Part shown: piece after piece, positions 10,017 to 19,315 of the stretch | How the letters are laid out: each line of letters opens with the position of its first letter | How positions within the stretch are numbered: position 1 is the stretch's first letter | Source of the DNA: an uncultured delta proteobacterium | GTDB lineage: Bacteria; Desulfobacterota; WTBG01 | DNA length: 48,858 nucleotides | Direction of reading: 5' to 3' | Assembly: GCA_963752035.1 (NCBI GenBank) | Contig: CAVVWZ010000088.1 | Coordinates: 1-48,858 of the forward strand | Translations under genes and position numbers: made by a program | The notes under the pieces: generated by a model | Told to the model about the DNA's origin: nothing | The model's input: the letters and a program-made list of their open reading frames with translations, nothing else | Databases searched by the model: none

Positions 10017-11362
10017 AGTTCCTCCATCACAGCAAATAGATATCCAGTGACAAAGATGACACTCAGCACATAAACCATCCAGTGTACCTCTCTCCCTTTT
10101 CCACACACCAGTTTGATTATGGGATAGCTGATAAATCCCATAGCGAGACCACTGGAGATACTAAAAGTCAGGGGCATGGTAATAATAGTGAGGAAGGCAG
10201 GGATGGCCTCATCGGGAAGCTCCCACTTAATCCTGGTAATGGTGTGCATCATTAAGCTTCCCACTACAATCAGGGCTGGCGCAGTAACAGGATGGAGAAT
10301 CACTCCTGTTCCTTCCACCACATAGCCCCCTCCAAACATTTGAGCCAGCGGGGAGAAAAAGAGGGCCAGTAGAAACAGTGCAGCTGTTATGATGTTGGCA
10401 AACCCTGTTCTCCCTCCTTCTGAAACTCCTGCGGCACTTTCGATATAGCTGGTTATGGGTGATGTGCCGCAGAAAGCTCCGAAGGTAGTGCCGATAGCAT
10501 CCGACATGAGTGCATTGCCGGCACGGGGGAGTTTACCGTTTTTAAGTATGCCTGCCTGTTCACTCACCCCGATTAATGTCCCTATTGTGTCAAACATGTT
10601 TAGAAAGAGGAGGGTCAGGATGGGTGTGATGTAGGTGATTTTCAGCGCCCCCATGATGTCAAGTTTTCCCCAGGTTGGAGCCATTGAAGGGATGGTGCTT
10701 ATTAAACCCTTGTATTCCACTATTCCTGAAGCAATGCCCAGGATACCGGTCAGGACAATCCCGGACAGGATAGCGCCTTTCATGCGGCGGGCCATCATGA
10801 CAGCTGTTACCAGGAGTCCCGCCAGGGCGATAAGGGTAGGTGGTGAACGCAAATTTCCCAGGGTAACAAAGGTTATGGGATGGGCAACCACAATACCAGC
10901 CTCTTTTAACCCGATGAATGCTATAAACAGCCCGATGCCTGCTGCAATTGCGTACTTGATGCATTCAGGCACGGCATGGAAAATCAGTTCCCGTAATTTT
11001 AATACCGTCGCGAGCAGGAACAAACAGCCCGAGAGAAATACGATGCCCAGTGCGACGGGCCAGGGCACACCCATGGATGCACAAATCTCGAAACTGAACA
11101 GTGCATTGATTCCCATTCCCGGTGCCTGGGCGATAGGGTAGTTGGCCAGAAGTGCCATCAGCAGGGTTGCAACCGCTGTCGAAAGGCAGGTAGCTACCAT
11201 GACCGCATTAAAATCCATCTGAGCTCCCTGCGCTAAAATCGCCGGGTTTACGAAAATGATGTAGGCCATGGTCATAAAGGTAGTAATTCCAGCGACAATC
11301 TCGGTGCGAAGGGTGGAACCGGCCTCTCTGATTTTAAAGAACTTATCAAGCATGGTGCCCAT
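10004..11362 (-). CDS. NCS2-family purine (adenine/guanine/hypoxanthine) permease, AzgA-like
   Basis: Track ORF 10004..11473. The probable start is the ATG at 11362 or 11353 (MGTMLDKFFKIREAGSTLRTEIVAGITTFMTMAYIIFVNP). The protein is multi-pass and hydrophobic throughout, with motifs typical of the AzgA/PbuG group. Confidence 0.88.
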   Translation of the reverse strand: MGTMLDKFFKIREAGSTLRTEIVAGITTFMTMAYIIFVNPAILAQGAQMDFNAVMVATCLSTAVATLLMALLANYPIAQAPGMGINALFSFEICASMGVPWPVALGIVFLSGCLFLLATVLKLRELIFHAVPECIKYAIAAGIGLFIAFIGLKEAGIVVAHPITFVTLGNLRSPPTLIALAGLLVTAVMMARRMKGAILSGIVLTGILGIASGIVEYKGLISTIPSMAPTWGKLDIMGALKITYITPILTLLFLNMFDTIGTLIGVSEQAGILKNGKLPRAGNALMSDAIGTTFGAFCGTSPITSYIESAAGVSEGGRTGFANIITAALFLLALFFSPLAQMFGGGYVVEGTGVILHPVTAPALIVVGSLMMHTITRIKWELPDEAIPAFLTIITMPLTFSISSGLAMGFISYPIIKLVCGKGREVHWMVYVLSVIFVTGYLFAVMEELNVE

Positions 11363-11529
11363 GCAGAGCCTTTGTTCAGGTTGTGAAAGAGTAGATTCTT
11401 TATAGCGAGAATGAAGATTTACAGTCAAGGAAAAACTCTTCAGCAGGCATTCCTCAAAAAACATTCTTGACATATATACTGTTTAATATTAAATTGAAAG
11501 GGAAAGACAGGGTGAAGTGGAGAGAATCA

Positions 11530-11967
11530 ATGGAAAAAGAGACTAGCTTCAGAGAGGTCATGCTGTGGGTGCGATTAGCAATGACCTTTAATGTGCTCTA
11601 CCATGAAATAAAAACGGAGTTGAGCAAGGAAAAGCTGACTGTTCCACAGCTTGACATTATCTCCTGTCTTGACCGTAGCAAAGGCCTTCCCTTAAGTGAG
11701 CTGGCAGAGAGGCTGCTGGTAACCGGTGGTAATATTACCGGCATTATTGACCGTCTTGAACGGGATGGCTATGTCTATCGGGAGCGGGATAAAAAAGACA
11801 GAAGGATAGTGCGGGCGCTGTTAACTGAGAAAGGGTTTGATCTCTACAAGTCTTTTCTTCCCCGGTACAAAGAGATTATGCGCAAAATTAACAGTGTGTT
11901 AACCACCGAGGAACGCCAGCAGCTGCAGCGATTGCTTAAAAAGCTGGGGCAGGGAATAAAAAAGTAG
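11530..11967 (+). CDS. MarR-family transcriptional regulator
   Basis: Track ORF 11467..11967, with a likely ATG at 11530 after a GGAGA RBS. The winged-helix core is LTVPQLDIISCLDRSKGLPLSELAERLLVTGGNITGIIDRLERDGYVYRERDKKDRR. Confidence 0.85.
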   Translation: MEKETSFREVMLWVRLAMTFNVLYHEIKTELSKEKLTVPQLDIISCLDRSKGLPLSELAERLLVTGGNITGIIDRLERDGYVYRERDKKDRRIVRALLTEKGFDLYKSFLPRYKEIMRKINSVLTTEERQQLQRLLKKLGQGIKK

Positions 11968-11970
11968 GAC

Positions 11971-13020
11971 TCAAACACACTCCTTAAGTATGGTATATTC
12001 ACTGTTCCGTAGAGCCGGTTTTAAACCGGCATTTTTTATAACCTGTATCATTGTTTCCTGAGAGGCAGAATAGGTGGTGCCGGTTGCCTTCACTACCAGC
12101 TCTTCCATCAAAATCCCTCCCATATCACTTGCTCCCATCCTGAGGGCCATTTCAGACAGCTCAAACCCCTCCGTGACCCAACCTGCGTGAATGTGGTTAA
12201 TATTATCAAGTACAATTCTCGACAGGGCAACCGTCTTTACGTAATCTTCTCCTGTTGCCTCCTCAACTTGCAAGCGTGTGTGGGGTTTTGAAAAGGTCCA
12301 GGGAATAAAGGCGCGAAAAACCCCTGTGCGGTCCTGAAGATCGCGGATGACAAAAAGGTGCTCAATCCTATCGGCAAGGGATTCACCCATACCAAAGGTC
12401 ATGGTTGCGGTTGCGCGCATGCCTGCCCTGTGTATGCCTTCCATGACCGCAACCCATTCTCGGGATTTTAATTTGCGGGGACTTACCTTATCACGGTGTT
12501 CATCCACCAGAATTTCTGCGGCCCCGGGCAGGGATTGCAGTCCTGCCTCTTTCAGTTCGACTATGGTATCATACACGGATTTCTTCTCACGTTTTGCAAG
12601 AGAATCAATTTCGGCCGGAGAACAGGCATGAATATAGATATGGGGGAAGTTTGTCTTTATGGCAGAAAAGATTTCTTTGTAAAATGCTAAATCGTACTGT
12701 TCGTGTATTCCTCCCTGGATCATCACCTGGGTGCCACCTATTTTTTGAAGGTCCCTGACCTTTTCCAGGATTTCATTTACGGTGAGGGTAAAGGCTTCCG
12801 GGTCATCCTTCTCCCGATAGAAAGCGCAGAAGTCACACTGTGCGGAACAGATGTTGGTGAAATTAATATTTCTATCTATGATAAAGCACGCATAGTCAGC
12901 ACGGCTGCCCAGCACCTCCTTTTTAACTGCATCCGCTCTCTCCCCCAGATCGTAAATGGTGCTCTGGTAGAGATCATGAGCCTCTTCCCGTGATATCCTG
13001 TTTCTTCCTGTTAGAGCCAT
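11971..13020 (-). CDS. mqnC: radical SAM menaquinone biosynthesis enzyme, best fit cyclic dehypoxanthinyl futalosine synthase
   Basis: It has the CSAQCDFCAF CX3CX2C cluster after IIDRNINFTNI. GGTQVMIQGG, ACSPAEI and FIPWTF fit my remembered MqnC signatures. The MqnC versus MqnE assignment could be swapped. Confidence 0.78.
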   Translation of the reverse strand: MALTGRNRISREEAHDLYQSTIYDLGERADAVKKEVLGSRADYACFIIDRNINFTNICSAQCDFCAFYREKDDPEAFTLTVNEILEKVRDLQKIGGTQVMIQGGIHEQYDLAFYKEIFSAIKTNFPHIYIHACSPAEIDSLAKREKKSVYDTIVELKEAGLQSLPGAAEILVDEHRDKVSPRKLKSREWVAVMEGIHRAGMRATATMTFGMGESLADRIEHLFVIRDLQDRTGVFRAFIPWTFSKPHTRLQVEEATGEDYVKTVALSRIVLDNINHIHAGWVTEGFELSEMALRMGASDMGGILMEELVVKATGTTYSASQETMIQVIKNAGLKPALRNSEYTILKECV

Positions 13021-13841
13021 TAATAGAACCTCAGCTTGACAGTGTCCTTAATGATAGAGCACTTTTCAAGCATCCTGTAGTAGTAGAGCAGTGCTTCCTT
13101 GAGTTCATCGGTAAAGGTGTAGGTAAGGTTGGAAAAATAGTCCAGATAATTGATTGAGAGCTCTGAATGTGACTGGGCATACCGGGCGATTACCTCCGGC
13201 TGTTCTTTAAAAATTGTTTGGGATTCATTGATCTTTGCCAGGAGGAAATCGAGTGCTTTTTTACATGTCTTAGCTGACTGGATGCTTATAGCAAGCAGGG
13301 CAAATACAATGGGGTATCCTGTTTTCTCTGTCCACAACTGGCCGATATCATATTTTTTGTAGCTGCCATTGTCAGTAAACTGCAGGGCTTCATCACCTAT
13401 AATAAGAATGGCATCGTGGTTCTTAAGAGAAAGGTGAAATTTTTCCTGGTAGGGGATGTAATGAAATGTATTAGAAAACCCGTAGAACTCTTGTAGGAGA
13501 ATCCGGATAAGATTGCTGCTGGTTGCACTTGCGTTACTGAGCCCGATGTCTGCCCCGTCAAGATCTTTGATGTCCCTGGTGGAAATGAGCAGCACGGAGT
13601 TGACATACCCCGTGGACGCAAGGCAGATGTCTGGCTGTATGAGGTATTGATCTGCAGCAGCAGCATATTCAAAGGATGAAATGAAGGAGGCATCAAGCTC
13701 TCCTTTTCTCATCATCTCATTCAGCCGGGCGGGGACGTCAGAAATGAGATTGAAGGGGAGTGTTTCCCTCTCCTTCATGAGGGTATAAAAGAGGGGATAG
13801 GTGTTAATGTACTGTATGTGACCGATCTGTGCTTTATTCAT
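13020..13841 (-). CDS. mqnA: chorismate dehydratase (futalosine pathway)
   Basis: 273 aa of the periplasmic-binding-protein-like VitK2 family. The N-terminus is IGHIQYINTYPLFYTL. It lacks the SPCPNDT motif that marks MqnD. Both neighbours overlap it (TAATG at 13018-13022 and an 8-nt overlap at 13834-13841). Confidence 0.82.
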   Translation of the reverse strand: MNKAQIGHIQYINTYPLFYTLMKERETLPFNLISDVPARLNEMMRKGELDASFISSFEYAAAADQYLIQPDICLASTGYVNSVLLISTRDIKDLDGADIGLSNASATSSNLIRILLQEFYGFSNTFHYIPYQEKFHLSLKNHDAILIIGDEALQFTDNGSYKKYDIGQLWTEKTGYPIVFALLAISIQSAKTCKKALDFLLAKINESQTIFKEQPEVIARYAQSHSELSINYLDYFSNLTYTFTDELKEALLYYYRMLEKCSIIKDTVKLRFY

Positions 13842-14916
13842 GTCTTTTTATGAGCCTGTAGTTTGAATCCACTTCATAGGGTATGAGTTGCATGGATTGT
13901 ATCTGATGAACGAGTTTGTCTTTGGAAACACTGGATGACTGAGATCCCGCTGCATGTACAATACGCTCATCGTAAGAGGTGGCACCCATATCATCCGCAC
14001 CGAAGCGAAGTACGACGGTGGTAAATTTGAGCCCCAAATACATCCACAGGGCTTTTATGTGGGGGAAATTGTCGAGTATCAGTCTGCTGGCAGCATACAC
14101 CTTTAAGATTTCTGCCGCACTGGTAACTTTTGAAAGGTGGCTCAACCGGGTGTTCTGGGGATGGAAGAGGAGTGGCACAAAAGATTTAAAGCCATTGGTC
14201 TGGTCCTGCAATTCCCGGAGCTTAAACATGTGTTCCACTCTGTCAGCATAGCTTTCAACATGACCCCAGAGCATGGTTGCATTCGTCTTTATCCCCGCCT
14301 GGTGTGCAGCTTTGCTCACCTCGAGCCACCGCTCTCCTGAGATCTTCAGGGGGGTTATCTGCTGTCTGATTGCTTCGTCAAGAATTTCAGCCCCGCCCCC
14401 GGGCATGCTCCCCAGCCCTGCTTCCTTCAGCTCACGGAAAAGCTGATCTAAGGGTATGCCTTCCTTGTGACTTATAAAGTCGCATTCTGTTGCGGTGAGG
14501 GCATTTATGTTCATAGCAGGGGCTATGTGTCGTATTGCAGTAAACATTTCCTTGAAGTAACCAAGGTCGATACCGTCATGTAAGCCCCCCACTATGTGCA
14601 CTTCTGAGATGTCATGCCGGGCAGCTTTTTGTACCCGTGCACTGATCTCATCCTGGGATAGAAAGTAGGCATTGTCGGCATCCCTGTCGGTGGAGAAGGC
14701 ACAGATGGGGCAGCGCAATGTGCAGATGTTGGTGTGATTGATGTTGAGGCTCACACCGAAGTGTATTTTAGTACCGTGTATCTGTTCTTTGCGTCCATTT
14801 GCGATTTTCCCCACCCCAAAGAGGTCATCTGTAGTAAAGATGGCCAGTGCATCCTCACGGTCAAGCCGTTCTCCTGCAGCGATCTTGTGCTCAATTTTTT
14901 GTAAACGAGGGTCCAT
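13834..14916 (-). CDS. mqnE: radical SAM menaquinone biosynthesis enzyme, best fit aminodeoxyfutalosine synthase
   Basis: It has NINHTNICTLRCPICAF (CX3CX2C), SEVHIVGGLH, PGGGAEIL, NATMLWGHVE and FVPLLFHPQNT, which fit MqnE-type signatures as I remember them. Confidence 0.78.
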   Translation of the reverse strand: MDPRLQKIEHKIAAGERLDREDALAIFTTDDLFGVGKIANGRKEQIHGTKIHFGVSLNINHTNICTLRCPICAFSTDRDADNAYFLSQDEISARVQKAARHDISEVHIVGGLHDGIDLGYFKEMFTAIRHIAPAMNINALTATECDFISHKEGIPLDQLFRELKEAGLGSMPGGGAEILDEAIRQQITPLKISGERWLEVSKAAHQAGIKTNATMLWGHVESYADRVEHMFKLRELQDQTNGFKSFVPLLFHPQNTRLSHLSKVTSAAEILKVYAASRLILDNFPHIKALWMYLGLKFTTVVLRFGADDMGATSYDERIVHAAGSQSSSVSKDKLVHQIQSMQLIPYEVDSNYRLIKRHE

Positions 14917-14978
14917 CAGTATAGAGTTTTGTTGAGGAAAATAATTTCCGGGATGTCCCGCACTCTGTGCGGAGAGTA

Positions 14979-15816
14979 TTACAAGACGAAGTTTAAAACG
15001 AATGCTGCGAATACACTTAGAGAAATATTTCTATTTGCAGTGAAGAAGGCGGCATTTACTCTCGTCAGATTTTCTTCGGTGACAATTACATGTTGCCAGA
15101 TGAAAAAGCAGCAGGCAACCAGGAGGCAGAGCCAGTAAAAGAGGTTGGCCTGAACCAGGATTCCTGTAATGCAAAGGATTAAAACTGCTGTAGTGTGGAG
15201 CAGTGCTGAGATGATAAGCGCCTTCTTGAGACCAAACTTCACCGGGATGGAGTACAGCCTGTTGGTTTTGTCAAAGCTGAAATCCTGGCAGGAGTAGATA
15301 ATGTCAAAACCTGCTATCCACAAGAGTACGTATAATCCCATGAGGAGTGCCTTGGGTGAGAAGTGAGGATACACTGCCAGTGCACCTCCTATCGGGGCAC
15401 ACGCCTCTGTCAGGCCGAGATAGAGGTGGGATGTGGAGGAAACCCTCTTCACCAGGGAGTAGGTCACCAGTAAGAACAGTGCCGGGAATGAAAGATAAAA
15501 ACAGAGTGTGTTTAACTGATATGCCGAAAAAATAAATAACAGTGCGAAGGCGATGGAATAGTAGACTACCCTGGACACAGAAATCTCCCCTGATGGCAGC
15601 ATGCGATTTGCTGTCCGGGGGTTCTTTGCGTCGATGTCTTTGTCGAAAATACGGTTGAGACACATGCCCACGGTGCGCGCACTAATCAGAGCGGTTGTGA
15701 CAAAAAACCAGACCGAAAGCGGGGGAGGTTCTTCTGGCAACCAGCAGCACTCCAATGTATGCAAGGGGGAGTGCAAAAACGGACTCCTTTACCCTGATTA
15801 ATTTAAGTAATACCAT
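14979..15816 (-). pseudogene. UbiA-family prenyltransferase of the futalosine cluster, interrupted by one frameshift
   Basis: The ATG at 15816 overlaps the UbiD-like stop by 14 nt. It gives MVLLKLIRVKESVFALPLAYIGVLLVARRTSP. The other frame then continues PLSVWFFVTTALISARTVGMCLNRIFDKDIDAKNPRTANR (the NxxxDxxxD prenyltransferase motif). The length is 838 nt, one more than a multiple of 3. Removing one G from the G5 run at 15721-15725 restores a single frame. Confidence 0.82.
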
Positions 15817-17239
15817 AGTCCTTCCATTTAGCAGTTACCAGGTCTGTTATCTCTTTGCTCATGATTATTTCATCAGGCCAGGGACGTTCTGTTTCACCCT
15901 GTATCTTTATGGTTGCATCCACCCCCAGCTTGGAGCCGTGAAGTGGGAAGGGGGAAGAGTGGTCAAGGGCATCAAGGGGACCGGAGGTTATAACCATATC
16001 CCGCCGTGGATCAACATTACTTAAGGCCTTCCAGGTGACTGTTTTTATGTCGTGTACATCAACATCGCCATCCATGATAATAATGATTTTGGTGTTCATC
16101 ATCTGTCCCATACCCCAGAGTGCGTGCATCACCTTTTGGGCCTGCATGGGATAGGTCTTGTTAATGGATACGATTGCGCAGTTGTGAAAAACTCCTTCTC
16201 CCGGCAGGTTCATGTCCACAATTTCCGGGACGATCATTTTAATCAGGGGCAAAAAGATTCTCTCGGTCACCTTGGCCAGGTAAAAGTCCTCCATGGGGGG
16301 AGGGCCGACGATGGTGGCCGGGTACACAGGGTTTTTGCGGTGGGTTATGCAGGTCGCGTGGAAAACGGGGTATTCATCGACGGACGAATAGAAACCTGTG
16401 TGGTCTCCGAAGGGCCCTTCAGCTCTTCTCTCCTGAGGATCAAGGTAGCCCTCAATAATAAACTCTGCTTCCGCCGGCACTTCAATGTCGATGGTTTTAC
16501 ACTTTACCACCTCAAGGGGCTTTTCCCTCAGGAAGCCCGCCAAAAGATACTCGTCCACTTTCGGCGGCAGGGGGGCAGTGGATGCGTAAATGGTTGCGGG
16601 ATCGCCACCGATTGCAATGGCAGCTTCCATGCGTGTGTTGTTTTTCACATACTGATAAAAATGGTTGGCCCCGTCCTTATGTATGTGCCAGTGCATGCCG
16701 GTAGTGGTTTTGTCGTAGATCTGTATGCGGTACATACCCATGTTACGGCTTGCATCTTCCAGGGACTTGGTAATGACCATGGGAAGGGTAATAAATTTGC
16801 CACCGTCCTGAGGCCAGCATTTCAACACGGGAATAATTGAAAGGTCCGGTTCAGTGTGGACCACCTCCTGACAGGGTGCGCTGGTTACGGTCCTGGGGGG
16901 GGTTTTTGCAAGCCCGATCAGTTTTGGGATGAGTTTGAGCTTGTCAGCGATACCTTCCGGTATCTGGGCTTTGATGAGTTCCTCAATCTTTTCTGCCATC
17001 CTGTCGGGACTTTTGCCAAAGGCCAGCTCCACCCGTTTGGGGCTACCAAAGGCGTTGGTGACAACGGGGAATTGGGAATCTTGCACATTTTCGAAAAGCA
17101 GTGCCTTCCCGGAGCTCTTGGAGACCCTGTCGGTGATTTCGGTTATCTCAAGATCGGTTGAGACCGGGGTCTTAACTCTGATCAATTCACCGTTTTTATC
17201 GAGATGAGCAACAAACTCTTGAAAGTTCTTAAAGGCCAA
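15803..17239 (-). CDS. UbiD-family decarboxylase (menaquinone biosynthesis decarboxylase type)
   Basis: 478 aa, full-length UbiD-like sequence (GMYRIQIYDKTTTGMHW, GGDPATIYASTAPLP, EGPFGDHTGFYS). It sits directly upstream of, and overlaps, the UbiA-like gene. This matches the arrangement of the futalosine-associated UbiD/UbiA pair in Streptomyces. Confidence 0.85.
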   Translation of the reverse strand: MAFKNFQEFVAHLDKNGELIRVKTPVSTDLEITEITDRVSKSSGKALLFENVQDSQFPVVTNAFGSPKRVELAFGKSPDRMAEKIEELIKAQIPEGIADKLKLIPKLIGLAKTPPRTVTSAPCQEVVHTEPDLSIIPVLKCWPQDGGKFITLPMVITKSLEDASRNMGMYRIQIYDKTTTGMHWHIHKDGANHFYQYVKNNTRMEAAIAIGGDPATIYASTAPLPPKVDEYLLAGFLREKPLEVVKCKTIDIEVPAEAEFIIEGYLDPQERRAEGPFGDHTGFYSSVDEYPVFHATCITHRKNPVYPATIVGPPPMEDFYLAKVTERIFLPLIKMIVPEIVDMNLPGEGVFHNCAIVSINKTYPMQAQKVMHALWGMGQMMNTKIIIIMDGDVDVHDIKTVTWKALSNVDPRRDMVITSGPLDALDHSSPFPLHGSKLGVDATIKIQGETERPWPDEIIMSKEITDLVTAKWKDYGIT

Positions 17240-17501
17240 TAGTATCCTCCTTGTGTGAAAGGACCGGACTGTACCGCTAGTCCTCTTAATCTAAAGCAGG
17301 TATGACACCTTGTGATGCTCCCCCGCACAGCGCGGGGCACCTGCCGGTAAACACCGCAAAAATATCACATGTACCCTAAGAATGCAAGTAGAGCTGACCA
17401 ACTTGCCAGCTTATGACAATTTTTGTATTGCAATGAACTTAAGGGGTGCGCTACACTAGGCACAGTTGTCACCTGCCGGTAGGAGGAATGGAGAAAACCT
17501 G

Positions 17502-18293
17502 ATGAGACTTACTGTGGGGATGTCACCCTGCCCAAACGATACCTTTATGTTTTACCATCTGCTCGAATCGGGACAGTTTGAGATTGATCTTACCATAGCT
17601 GACGTGGAAGACTTAAACAGAAGGGCACTCAGTCATGAGCTTGATATTTCAAAGGTTTCACTCTATACCGCCGTTAAGGTCCTGGACCACTACAAAATCC
17701 TCGATGCCGGTGCTGCCCTGGGTAAAAACTGCGGACCCCTCCTGGTGGCCCGGAAGGACAATTGTACCCGTGAACTGAAGGGCGCAACTGTTGGTATTCC
17801 CGGCCGCCATACAACGGCAAACCTCCTTTTCAGCCTCTTTTCCGAAGGGCAGGGGGAGAAAGTTTTTATGACCTTCGATCAGATCATGCCGGCGGTACAG
17901 GATGGAGTGGTTGATTTCGGCGTGATAATACATGAAGGTCGATTTACCTATCACAACTATGGACTTGCAGAAATAGTGGACCTGGGGGAGTGGTGGGTAG
18001 ATTTTAGCAAGATGCCTATACCCCTCGGGGGAATCATTGCTAAGAATGATCTTTCAGAGGATCTTCTCCACAGTTTTACCCGGGGATTACATGATTCCAT
18101 TCTGAAGGCATTTAGTGAAAAAAACAATTACAGTGCTCCCCTGTATGCCTTCATACGGGAACATGCCCAGGAGATGGAACAGGACGTTATAGACCGTCAC
18201 ATAGATCTGTACGTCAATGACTACTCCCTCTCCCTCGGCGAAGAAGGAAGGGAAACCATCAAAAAACTTTCCCGGCTGGCAGGAGACCTGTAG
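17502..18293 (+). CDS. mqnD: 1,4-dihydroxy-6-naphthoate synthase
   Basis: Track ORF 17466..18293, with an ATG at 17502 giving MRLTVGMSPCPNDTFMFYHL. The SPCPNDTF motif is the MqnD hallmark. Confidence 0.88.
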   Translation: MRLTVGMSPCPNDTFMFYHLLESGQFEIDLTIADVEDLNRRALSHELDISKVSLYTAVKVLDHYKILDAGAALGKNCGPLLVARKDNCTRELKGATVGIPGRHTTANLLFSLFSEGQGEKVFMTFDQIMPAVQDGVVDFGVIIHEGRFTYHNYGLAEIVDLGEWWVDFSKMPIPLGGIIAKNDLSEDLLHSFTRGLHDSILKAFSEKNNYSAPLYAFIREHAQEMEQDVIDRHIDLYVNDYSLSLGEEGRETIKKLSRLAGDL

Positions 18294-18356
18294 ACTGTCA
18301 TCTGGCACCAGGTCCTGCAGCGGTTAACGGAATGGACAGGAATAAGCGAGGACATA

Positions 18357-18995
18357 ATGATTCTTCTTGTTTGTGCTACTGAACTTGAAGCCCGGCCCTT
18401 TATAGAGCACCATAAGCTTGAAAAGCAGGGTGCAGCCTCTGCATACCATTTCTATGAAAAGGAAAGCAGTGCTCTTGTTGTCACTGGTATGGGGTCAATG
18501 AAGGGAGCACTCTATTTGTCCGAGGTGATACAGCAGAAGCAGGAAAGTGGTGCTTCCATTGCACAGATTGTCAATTATGGTATCGCCGGATGTCTCACTG
18601 ATGCAAGGAATATAGGTGATGTGGTTGAGATTGACCGGGTGATAAAATACAGCGCACATGAATTCGCGAGGGAAAAACCGGGCAGCCACTTTCTATCTTC
18701 CTTTCCGGAAATCATCCTTAATACAACCGGGCATGAACCGAATATCCTCGCCACCAGCGACCATCCGGTGTTCAACAAGGAGGATTCACAAAATGCAGCA
18801 CGATATGCACAATTCGTGGATATGGAGGGTTATGGCTATGCCTTCGTAGCCAACCACTATGCTATCCCCATAAAAGTCTTTAAAGGGATAAGTGACTATA
18901 CCTTTAAGGAAAGTGAAACTTCCTTTAAGCAAAACGTGCACCGTACCCTTAAGAACCTTCTCTCTTTTCACCGTGAACAGCACGAAGACAAATAA
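18357..18995 (+). CDS. mqnB: futalosine / aminofutalosine hydrolase (MTA-SAH nucleosidase family)
   Basis: 212 aa of the PNP_UDP_1 fold, with N-terminus MILLVCATELEARPF and the motifs GIAGC and VDMEGYG. It follows mqnD by 63 nt. Confidence 0.8.
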   Translation: MILLVCATELEARPFIEHHKLEKQGAASAYHFYEKESSALVVTGMGSMKGALYLSEVIQQKQESGASIAQIVNYGIAGCLTDARNIGDVVEIDRVIKYSAHEFAREKPGSHFLSSFPEIILNTTGHEPNILATSDHPVFNKEDSQNAARYAQFVDMEGYGYAFVANHYAIPIKVFKGISDYTFKESETSFKQNVHRTLKNLLSFHREQHEDK

Positions 18996-19023
18996 TTACA
19001 AATTTCAAATAAATGTGTTTCTC

Positions 19024-19164
19024 ACCGCAAAGACGCAAAGTACGCAAAGGTTTTAAAAGATAAAAAACAACTGTTTATTTTTCCATTAAACTAAGTTCTG
19101 TGTTGTTTTTCTTTAATTTTCAGGCTTTATTTGTTTTCTTTGCGCTCTCTGCGTCTTTGCGGTG
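19024..19164 (+). repeat. GCAAAG-array inverted-repeat element, copy 3
   Basis: ACCGCAAAGACGCAAAGTACGCAAAG ... CTTTGCGCTCTCTGCGTCTTTGCGGTG. It lies between the convergent mqnB and cyclase genes. Confidence 0.8.
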
Positions 19165-19315
19165 TCATGAAATATTTTTGTATCCGTAATTCTCTGTTTC
19201 AGGGCCACAGGGGCGAGGGAATCGCTTTGACTTATCATTTTCTTTTTATGAGATTGCTTCGTCGGTTTATAACCTCCTCGCAATGACAATATATTTCCTA
19301 TGTGAGTCTAGGAAA

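Noticed and set aside
10635-11141. 168-aa + strand ORF and the 101-aa minus-strand ORF at 10659..10964
   Set aside because: Both are embedded in alternative frames of the NCS2 permease gene. Their Pro/Arg/Ala-rich composition is characteristic of off-frame translation.
16052-16840. 262-aa + strand ORF in the track
   Set aside because: It lies entirely antisense to the strongly supported UbiD-family gene. Its translation is a low-complexity His/Gly/Val-rich mirror typical of antisense frames. It has no RBS and resembles no family.
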